Origin: Natronolimnohabitans sp. A-GB9 | GTDB lineage: Archaea; Halobacteriota; Halobacteria; Halobacteriales; Natrialbaceae | DNA: 32,000 nt | NCBI RefSeq assembly: GCF_030848565.1 | Contig: NZ_JAVDDV010000012.1 | Location: forward strand, 1-32,000 | Direction: 5' to 3' | Shown: piece after piece, positions 1 through 6,750 of the stretch | Layout of the letters: each line of letters begins with the position of its first letter | Numbering within the stretch: the first letter of the stretch is position 1 | Notes under the pieces: generated by a model | What the model was told of the DNA's origin: nothing | What the model saw: the letters and a program-made list of their open reading frames with translations, nothing else | Databases searched by the model: none | Position numbers and translations under genes: made by a program

Positions 1-7
1 TTTAAGG
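1..7 (+). promoter_or_regulatory. TATA-like box (TTTAAGG) for a leaderless ridA transcript
   Basis: TTTAAGG at the window edge, centred about 27 nt upstream of the ATG at 31. No Shine-Dalgarno in between. Confidence 0.3.
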
Positions 8-30
8 TATCCGAACCGGTATGTGCGGAC

Positions 31-411
31 ATGAAACGCGTTATCAGCACCGACGATGCGCCGGCAGCCGTTGGCGCGTACAGTCAAGCGACGACAAACG
101 GCGACCTCCTCGTCACCGCGGGTCAGCTCCCGATGACGGCCGATGGCGACCTGCTAGACGACGAGCCCGTCGACGAGCAGACGAGACAGTGTCTCCGAAA
201 CGTCGAAGCGATCCTCGAGGCGGAGGGACTAGCGATGGAAGACGTCCTGAAGACGACCGTCTTCCTCGACGATATCGACGACTTCGAGGCGTTCAACGAG
301 GCCTACAGCGAGTTCTTCGAAGCGGAACCGCCCGCCCGCAGCGCCGTCGAGGCCGGCTCGGTTCCGAAAGGGGCAGCCGTCGAGATCGAGGCGATTGCGG
401 TCGCCGACTAA
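31..411 (+). CDS. ridA: RidA/YjgF/UK114-family reactive intermediate (enamine/imine) deaminase
   Basis: 126-aa ORF of typical family length. Family-typical segments: APAAVGAYSQA near the N-terminus and PARSAVEAGSVPKGAAVEIEAIA at the C-terminus. Acidic haloarchaeal composition. Confidence 0.9.
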   Translation: MKRVISTDDAPAAVGAYSQATTNGDLLVTAGQLPMTADGDLLDDEPVDEQTRQCLRNVEAILEAEGLAMEDVLKTTVFLDDIDDFEAFNEAYSEFFEAEPPARSAVEAGSVPKGAAVEIEAIAVAD

Positions 412-432
412 TACTGTCGGACAGCACTATTC
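409..432 (+). repeat. Half-copy of the palindromic repeat family, overlapping the ridA stop codon (TAATACTGTCGGACAGCACTATTC)
   Basis: 22 of 24 nt identical to 17969-17992. 23 of 26 nt identical to the reverse complement of 13944-13969. TAA at 409-411 is the ridA stop. Confidence 0.8.
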
Positions 433-518
433 AACGATCGGTCGCGCGACTGCGACCGTCCGCAAACGTATCGGCTCGAGTGACAACACTTACACTGTCG
501 GTCGCCTTCGGCCCCACT

Positions 519-2051
519 ATGACGACTGCACGTGGCGTCGTCGGCACGACACCGGCCGTCAGGGTATCCGGGCGGTCCGGTGACGCGACGGCGGTGCTCG
601 AGACGGCTCGAGAGGCAGCCGATACCGTCCAGATCGCCGAAGTCGGTCCGACGGGGGTCGACGCCCTCGATCCGCTCGTTATGGCCACCGTCGACGACTG
701 GACGGCGTTCGTCCCGCGGTGTTCTCCCGCCACCGTTCGGGACGTGATCGAATCGGTACGGAACGGCGAACAGCCGGCGTCGGCCTCGAGCGTCCTCTCT
801 CACGACGAGAACAGGGCGACGCTCCCGATCCCGGAGACGGGACCGCTCGCGGCCGGTGACCGTCGAGTTCTCGACGCCTGCGGCTGGGTCGTCCCGACAA
901 GCGAGGACGACTACCTCGCACGTGGCGAGCTGCTCGCTCGCGCTCGAGACGGTGACGAACTGCTGGAACGGGCGGCTGCAACCGGACTGTGCGGTCGCGG
1001 CCGCGGCGACATCGCCGCCGACGAACCGGTTGCCGACACCTGGCGAACGGTCCGGAAGGCCGACGGTGAGCCGGTCGTCGTCGTCCACGCCAACGAGGCC
1101 GATTCGCGGGCGACGGCCGACGCACTGTTGTTGGCGGCCGACCCGTTTGCCGTGATCGATCCCGCGGCCGCGGTCGCCGACGCCGTCGGCGCGCCGACGG
1201 TCGTCGTCTTCGTTACCGAGACCGAGGAGCGAGCGTATCGCAACGCGACCGCCGTCGCCGACGTCGTCGAATCCGTCGCGAACGTGTCGATCGACGTCGT
1301 CGCGGGACCCGACGAGTACGTCGCCGGCGAGCCGACGATGGCCCTCGAGGCCCTGGAGGGGAACGACCGCCTCGAGGCCCGACGCCGACCGCCGGGTCCC
1401 GAAGAGCACGGCCTCTTCGGACGACCGACCGTGTTACACACGCCGCGAACGCTCGCCCAGCTCCGACGGCTCGCGCTCGCGGACGGCGACCTCCCCGGTG
1501 TCGAGGACGATCCGGGGACGCGGCTGTTCGACGTCTGCGGCGACGTCGCCGCGACAGCGACTGTCGAACTCGCGACCGACGACACCCTCTCGACGCTCCG
1601 AGAGCCCGTTTCGCTCGAGGGTGAGCTGAAAGCCGCCGCCGTCGGCGGCGTCTTCGGTGGGCTGACGGAGACTCTCGACGTTCCGACGAACGCCGACGAG
1701 TTGACTGCGGCGGATCTCGACACTGCTGGGCCGGTCGAACTGCTAAGCCAGGATCGCTGTGCGGTCGCCTTTGCGGGTCGTCGGGCGGCGTTTGCCCACG
1801 AGGAAAACTGTGGGCGCTGTGTCCCCTGTCGCGAGGGGTCGACACAGCTCACCGAGTTGTTGCGCTCGGTGTACGGCGACGCGGACGCGATCGACGACGT
1901 CCGCGAGTTGGCTCGCGTCATGAACCGCTCGAGTCTCTGTGCGTTCGGCCGTGACGCTGCCCGGCCGGTGACGACGGCGCTGACCGCCTTCGAGTCCGAG
2001 TTTCTCGCCCACGCCGACGGGCGATGTCCCACTGGAGAGTGTTCAGAATGA
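519..2051 (+). CDS. NuoF-like (complex I 51-kDa family) iron-sulfur subunit associated with formate dehydrogenase
   Basis: In-frame ATG at 519 inside the 21..2051 ORF; upstream codons overlap ridA and are Arg-rich junk. C-terminal N3-type 4Fe-4S motif ENCGRCVPCREG...SSLCAFG. NuoF-like EYVAGEPTMALEALEG and RRRPPGPEEHGLFGRPTV segments. Its stop overlaps the fdhA start (ATGA at 2048-2051). Weak TATA-like ACTTACA about 28 nt upstream. Confidence 0.8.
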   Translation: MTTARGVVGTTPAVRVSGRSGDATAVLETAREAADTVQIAEVGPTGVDALDPLVMATVDDWTAFVPRCSPATVRDVIESVRNGEQPASASSVLSHDENRATLPIPETGPLAAGDRRVLDACGWVVPTSEDDYLARGELLARARDGDELLERAAATGLCGRGRGDIAADEPVADTWRTVRKADGEPVVVVHANEADSRATADALLLAADPFAVIDPAAAVADAVGAPTVVVFVTETEERAYRNATAVADVVESVANVSIDVVAGPDEYVAGEPTMALEALEGNDRLEARRRPPGPEEHGLFGRPTVLHTPRTLAQLRRLALADGDLPGVEDDPGTRLFDVCGDVAATATVELATDDTLSTLREPVSLEGELKAAAVGGVFGGLTETLDVPTNADELTAADLDTAGPVELLSQDRCAVAFAGRRAAFAHEENCGRCVPCREGSTQLTELLRSVYGDADAIDDVRELARVMNRSSLCAFGRDAARPVTTALTAFESEFLAHADGRCPTGECSE

Positions 2052-5000
2052 GTTCCGAGAATCCGATTCCACGCGTTCCCGACGTTACAGACCCACAACC
2101 GAGTACGCCGCTGACCGAGGACTTCGAGACCGGGACGGCAAACGACCCCGAACCCGCAGGCGCTACCGAACCCGCGACGCTGACCGTCGACGGCCGCTCC
2201 GTCACCGTCGACCCCGGCGCGACCCTGCTCGACGCCCTCGAGGAGGCGGGTGTTGCCGACGACGTACCGGCGCTGTGTCACGACGAGCACAGCGACGAGA
2301 TCGGGCCTCGCAGCACCTGTCGGACGTGTGTGGTCGAGACCGACAGTCACGGGCTGGTCCCTTCCTGTAGCTTCCCGGCCGAAGAGGGGCTGACGGTTCA
2401 CACCGACACGCCGGACGCGAGCGAAACGCGGGACGTCAACCTCGATCTGGTGTTGTCGAACCACAACCTTCGGTGTACGACCTGTGGGAAAAACGGCCGC
2501 TGTGAACTGCAGGATACGGCGATCGAACAGGAGGTCGAAGATCCCCGCTACGGTGTCTTCGACGACCGCGAGGCGTACGAACCCCTCGACGACACCTCGC
2601 CGTTCATCCAGATCGACCGCAACAAGTGCATTCTCTGTAACCGCTGTGTCGAAGCCTGCAACGACGTCCAGGTCGAGGGCGTCCTTCGTCTCGAGGGCAG
2701 CGGCTCGGACACTCGAATCGCCTTCCAAAACGACAGCGAGGCGATGGCCGCCTCGAGTTGCGTCTCCTGTGGCCACTGTGCGACGGTCTGTCCGACGGGC
2801 TCGATCACCGAAACGGGACTCGCAGATAGCGCGACGCTGCCGATTCCCGGCTTTACCCAGAAGAACTCGATCGGGACGACCGTCGACTACGACCCCGACG
2901 ACGCTGGCGCTCCCGCGACCGCGTCGGGTGCGGCGACGGCTGCCGAGGGCGGCGACGACGAGGAACTGTCGGGCGTCGCCGGCCTCATGGCACGAGCGAA
3001 ACGAAGCGCCACCGATCTCGGCGAGCGCGCCTTCCTCGAGGCCGAACACGCCGCCGAACACGTCGCCTCGAGCGTGCTCTCGGAGGGGCAGATGTTCGAT
3101 ATCGCCGAGGCAGTTTCCGACCACCGCCTCGCGGACGTCGAGGCGACGGAGACGACCTGTGGCTACTGTAGCGTCGGCTGTCGGTTCGACGTCTACACCG
3201 ACGACGAGGAAGTGCTGGGCGTGCGTCCGATCGACGCCGACCACGCGCCGGCCAACGACGGCTTCTCGACGTGTGTCAAAGGCAAGTTCGGCTACGACTT
3301 CGTCGACAGTGACGGCCGTCTCGAGCAGCCACTCGTCCGCGACGACGGCGAACTTCGCGAAGCGAGTTGGGAGGAGGCCCTCGCGCGGGTCGTCGAGGGG
3401 CTGTCGTCGATCCGTGAGGCGGCGGGGCCGGACGCGATTTCGTGTTTCGCCTCCTCGAAGTGTACGAACGAGGAGAACTACCTGATGCAGAAGTTCGCCC
3501 GGCAGGTCCTCGGAACGAAAAACATCGACAACTGCGCGCGACTGTGTCACTCCTCGACGGTGGCGGCGCTCAAACAGACCGTCGGCTACGGCGCGATGAC
3601 CAACCGGATCGAGGACGTCGCGAACACCGACTGTTACCTGATCACGGGGTCGAACACGACCGAGAGCCACCCGGTGTTGGCGACGCGGATCAAACAGAAC
3701 GTCCGCGACGGCGCGGAGCTGCTCGTCTTCGATCCGCGGAAGGTCGGCATCGCCGACCACGCCGACCAGTATACGCGCGTCGAGCCGGGCCACGACGTCG
3801 CCTGGATCAACGGGCTCACTCGGTACATCATCGAACACGACCTCCACGACGAGGCGTTCATCGAGGAGTGGACGACGAACTTCGAGGAACTGAAGCGGAA
3901 AGTCGAGCCGTTCACGCCGGCGGAAGTCGAACGCCTCTGTGGGGTCGCTCCGGACGACCTCGCCACGGCGGCGGAGACGATCGCGACCGCCGAGACGTGC
4001 GTGTTCGGGTGGGCGATGGGGATGACCCAACACTCCCACGGCACACAGAACGTGTTGGCGCTGGCGAACCTCGCGCTGGTGACCGGCCACCTCGGGAAGC
4101 CGAACGCGGGGCTGTCGCCGTTTCGTGGCCACAACAACGTCCAGGGCGGCGGTGGTGACATGGGGACGCTACCCGACAGCCTGCCGGGATACCAGCCGGT
4201 CGACGATCCCGACGTCCTCGAGGCGTTCGAAACCGTGTGGGGCGAGCGGCCCCCCAGCGAACCCGGGCTGACAGTACCGGAAGCGTTCACGGAAGCCCAC
4301 GAGGGCAACGTCCGGGGGATGTACGTGATGGGCGAGAACCCGGCGCTGTCCGAACCGGCTCTCGGCCACGCCGAGGACGCCCTCGAGGAACTGGACTTTT
4401 TGGTCGTCCAGGACGTTTTCCTGACGGAGACGGCCGAGCACGCCGACGTCGTGTTGCCGGCGGCGAGTTTCGCCGAGAAGGCGGGGACGTTTACGAACAC
4501 CGAGCGCCGGGTCCAGTTGGTGAATCAGGCGCTGTCACCGCCGGGGGCGGCCCGCCAGGACTGGGCGATCCTCCAGGCGCTTGCGACTCGCTTTGGCTAC
4601 GAGTGGGACTACGAGTCGCCAGCCGAGATCATGGACGAGATCAACGAGCTGGTGCCGATTTACGGCGGGATTTCCCACGAGCGCCTCGAGTCGGAGGGCG
4701 GGCTGCAGTGGCCGTGTCGGGACGCGGCGGATCCGGGGACGCCGTATCTCTACGCGGACGGGTTCAACTTCGAGGACGGGAAGGCCCGGTTCGTGCCGGC
4801 CGACCTCGGCCAGCCGGGCGAGTTGCCCGACGAGGAGTATCCGTTGACGCTGACGACGGGACGGGTGCTGTATCACTTCCACACCGGGACGCTGACGCGG
4901 AAGGTCGACGGGATCATGTCCCACGTCGGCGAGAGCTTCGTCGAGATCAACCCCGAGACGGCCGATCGACTCGGTGTTTCGGACGGCGAGACCGTGACGG

Positions 5001-5239
5001 TCGAATCACGTCGAGGTGCGATCACCGTCCGCGCACAATTGACTGACCGCGTCGATCCGGGCGTCGTCTTCATTCCGATGCACTTCGCCGCCGGCGCGGC
5101 CAACGAACTCACCGGCGAGTCGTTCGACCCCATCAGCGGCATCCCCGAGTACAAGGTCTCGAGCGTGCGGATTCCCTCCGAGGGCGAGCTGGATATCGAC
5201 GGCTCCTCGAGTGCGCCGGTAGCGGCCGACGACGACTGA
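2048..5239 (+). CDS. fdhA: Formate dehydrogenase alpha subunit (molybdopterin oxidoreductase with N-terminal 2Fe-2S and 4Fe-4S domains, Cys-type active site)
   Basis: 2Fe-2S Cys pattern ALCHDEH...CRTCVVE...PSC. NuoG-like HNLRCTTCGKNGRCELQ. Two ferredoxin motifs, CILCNRCVEAC and CVSCGHCATVCP. MopB cluster TCGYCSVGCRF. Active-site region NCARLCHSSTV carries Cys with no in-frame stop. The track ORF starts at 2024, but the ATG at 2048 gives ATGA coupling to the upstream gene. Confidence 0.9.
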   Translation: MSSENPIPRVPDVTDPQPSTPLTEDFETGTANDPEPAGATEPATLTVDGRSVTVDPGATLLDALEEAGVADDVPALCHDEHSDEIGPRSTCRTCVVETDSHGLVPSCSFPAEEGLTVHTDTPDASETRDVNLDLVLSNHNLRCTTCGKNGRCELQDTAIEQEVEDPRYGVFDDREAYEPLDDTSPFIQIDRNKCILCNRCVEACNDVQVEGVLRLEGSGSDTRIAFQNDSEAMAASSCVSCGHCATVCPTGSITETGLADSATLPIPGFTQKNSIGTTVDYDPDDAGAPATASGAATAAEGGDDEELSGVAGLMARAKRSATDLGERAFLEAEHAAEHVASSVLSEGQMFDIAEAVSDHRLADVEATETTCGYCSVGCRFDVYTDDEEVLGVRPIDADHAPANDGFSTCVKGKFGYDFVDSDGRLEQPLVRDDGELREASWEEALARVVEGLSSIREAAGPDAISCFASSKCTNEENYLMQKFARQVLGTKNIDNCARLCHSSTVAALKQTVGYGAMTNRIEDVANTDCYLITGSNTTESHPVLATRIKQNVRDGAELLVFDPRKVGIADHADQYTRVEPGHDVAWINGLTRYIIEHDLHDEAFIEEWTTNFEELKRKVEPFTPAEVERLCGVAPDDLATAAETIATAETCVFGWAMGMTQHSHGTQNVLALANLALVTGHLGKPNAGLSPFRGHNNVQGGGGDMGTLPDSLPGYQPVDDPDVLEAFETVWGERPPSEPGLTVPEAFTEAHEGNVRGMYVMGENPALSEPALGHAEDALEELDFLVVQDVFLTETAEHADVVLPAASFAEKAGTFTNTERRVQLVNQALSPPGAARQDWAILQALATRFGYEWDYESPAEIMDEINELVPIYGGISHERLESEGGLQWPCRDAADPGTPYLYADGFNFEDGKARFVPADLGQPGELPDEEYPLTLTTGRVLYHFHTGTLTRKVDGIMSHVGESFVEINPETADRLGVSDGETVTVESRRGAITVRAQLTDRVDPGVVFIPMHFAAGAANELTGESFDPISGIPEYKVSSVRIPSEGELDIDGSSSAPVAADDD

Positions 5240-5321
5240 TACGGACTGCTGTCCCGATTACCCGCCGATCGCCGCCCCCGTCCTGGCGATCGCCGGTCGG
5301 TGACGACAGGAGACCGTATGA
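5237..5321 (+). repeat. 85-nt nested-hairpin repeat element (MITE-like or structured 3' UTR) beginning with the fdhA stop codon
   Basis: TGATACGGACTGCTGTC...GACAGGAGACCGTATGA. Terminal inverted repeats pair 14/16. Inner GC-rich palindrome built around GGCGATCGCC. Loop GCCCCCGTCCT. Same length as 17421-17505 and about 80% identical to it by eye. Confidence 0.8.
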
Positions 5322-5437
5322 GCGTACCCACCGGTCTCAGGATGTGTTTCGGACCCGGTAGAACCGAACTTCTCCGTCAGTTGATCTGTCGTGTTAGGCG
5401 GTGGCTCCTGTATCGAATCCTCAGTCTCGATTGCTTC

Positions 5438-5453
5438 ACACTGATATCAGTGT
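5438..5453. repeat. Perfect 16-bp palindrome ACACTGATATCAGTGT in the fdhA/purU convergent spacer
   Basis: The sequence equals its own reverse complement. It lies in a locally lower-GC stretch between two gene ends. Confidence 0.6.
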
Positions 5454-5532
5454 TATTCACTTCACAGCACGATCGTCGGTACGCGCCTCTCGATGTCGAT
5501 CTAGTGGCCGCCGATGAGAAATACGAGCGCGT

Positions 5533-6507
5533 TCAGTCGTCCGCGACGGCGGTCGTCTCCCCGTCGGCGACGAGTTCCTCGCGGTTGTCGATCGGTCGAC
5601 TGGGATTTGCCTGATCCAGCGCCGTCGGTGCGCCGAGTTGCGTGTCGGCGCCGTCCGGATCGGCGAGTTTCGTCTGGCCGTCGTCGACGACGAGTTCGTC
5701 CTCGAGGTGGAGTCGGATCGCTTCCAGGAGGGCGTCGGCCTCGAGGGGCTGGCCGCGTTCTTTGAGATCCGCTTCGGACGCGCCAGCGGGAACGTTGAAC
5801 GCCCGCTGGGTGATGATCGGCCCCTGATCGAGGTCCGTGGTAACGTAGTGGGCCGTCACCCCGGCGATCCGAACGCCCGCCTCGTGGGCCTGTCTGTACG
5901 CCGCTGCGCCGGGGAACGCCGGAAGCAGGCTCGGATGGACGTTGATGATCCGCTTCTCGTACCGGAAGACGACCTCCGGGGAGAGGATCTGAATGTACCG
6001 GGCCAGCGCGATGAGGTCGATCTCGTACTCCGAGAGGAGTTCGAGCAGTTCGCCCTCGTCGGGCGTCCCGTTCTCGTCGCCAATGTCGTAGAACGGGACG
6101 TCGTAGGCCGCTGCGAGCGGCCGAAGGATATCGTGGTTCCCGATCACGACTTCGATGTCGGCGCCGAGTTCGTCGTTCTCCCAGGCCTCGAGCAGCGCCT
6201 CCAGACAGTGACTCTCTTTGGTGACGAGGACGGCGAGGGACTGATTCTCGCAACTCGAGGGGAACCGAACCTGGACGTCGACGGCGAACTCGTCGGCGAG
6301 GTCGTCCAATTCCTCGCGGAACCGATCCCGTGAGACCGTCATCTCGTCGATTTCGACCTGGAGCGTCGTTCGACACGTTCCCTCCCGGACGGCCTGATCG
6401 AGGTCGACGATGTCGACGTCGTGTTCGAACAGCAGGTCGGTCGCGTCGGCGATGACTCCCGAATCCTCGTCGCCGACGATCGTAATCTCGGTTCGGTCAC
6501 GGCTCAT
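5533..6507 (-). CDS. purU: Formyltetrahydrofolate deformylase
   Basis: Start at MSRDRTEITIVG (ATG 6507-6505), preceded by GGAGGTG. N-terminal ACT-like domain, then a formyltransferase core: VLVTKESHCLEALL, IINVHPSLLPAFPGAAAYRQAHEAGVRIAGVTAHYVTTDLDQGPII. About 45 aa of acidic C-terminal extension. Confidence 0.9.
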   Translation of the reverse strand: MSRDRTEITIVGDEDSGVIADATDLLFEHDVDIVDLDQAVREGTCRTTLQVEIDEMTVSRDRFREELDDLADEFAVDVQVRFPSSCENQSLAVLVTKESHCLEALLEAWENDELGADIEVVIGNHDILRPLAAAYDVPFYDIGDENGTPDEGELLELLSEYEIDLIALARYIQILSPEVVFRYEKRIINVHPSLLPAFPGAAAYRQAHEAGVRIAGVTAHYVTTDLDQGPIITQRAFNVPAGASEADLKERGQPLEADALLEAIRLHLEDELVVDDGQTKLADPDGADTQLGAPTALDQANPSRPIDNREELVADGETTAVADD

Positions 6508-6513
6508 CGGTTC

Positions 6514-6520
6514 CACCTCC
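6514..6520 (-). promoter_or_regulatory. Shine-Dalgarno GGAGGTG for purU
   Basis: Reverse complement of CACCTCC, 6 nt upstream of the purU ATG. Complementary to the conserved 16S 3' end (..CACCUCC..). Implies a leadered or co-transcribed mRNA. Confidence 0.6.
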
Positions 6521-6750
6521 AGGCGTTGTGCTCGCGTTCGTTCGTCGGCCGTCGTCGATCGATCCTGGATACACGTACCGGTCGGTCTGCCGCCTCGAGG
6601 GACGGCTCGCGCTGTGCTAGTGACATCCACTCACCCGTTTCAGACCGCCGCTAATGAACCTTGGTCCTCCTGAAATCGCGGAGAGAGGACGTGTTTGCTC
6701 TCACCATTCGTGTCGATAGAATGACGGGTTGAAAAGTGGTCGCCAGAATC

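Noticed and set aside
21-518. N-terminal 166 codons of the 676-aa track ORF (21..2051)
   Set aside because: This part overlaps ridA in another frame and is extremely Arg-rich. The NuoF-like homology and normal acidic composition begin only at the in-frame ATG at 519.
911-4132. 1073-aa minus-strand ORF spanning the FDH operon
   Set aside because: It is antisense to two genes with clear domain motifs. Its translation is Arg/Ser/Ala/Pro-rich low complexity with no recognisable motif, the typical shadow ORF of a high-GC genome. The same reasoning applies to 408..1409, 679..1125, 1213..1845, 2484..3485, 3634..4500 and 4237..5046.
2048-5239. Selenocysteine-type formate dehydrogenase
   Set aside because: There is no in-frame TGA. 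The active-site position reads Cys (CARLCHSS), so it is a Cys-type enzyme with no SECIS requirement.
5300-5614. 104-aa + strand ORF in the fdhA/purU convergent spacer
   Set aside because: It starts inside the 85-nt repeat element and runs into the purU 3' end on the opposite strand. Its composition is basic and Cys/Leu-rich, atypical for this acidic proteome, and it has no motif.
6508-6750. Possible ZTP or THF riboswitch in the purU leader
   Set aside because: I only found isolated 7-mers reminiscent of the ZTP motif (CUGGCGA near the alaX stop, CGCCUGG next to the SD), more than 200 nt apart. The intervening conserved helices are absent. This is not enough to call; it is left as a check to run rather than a feature.
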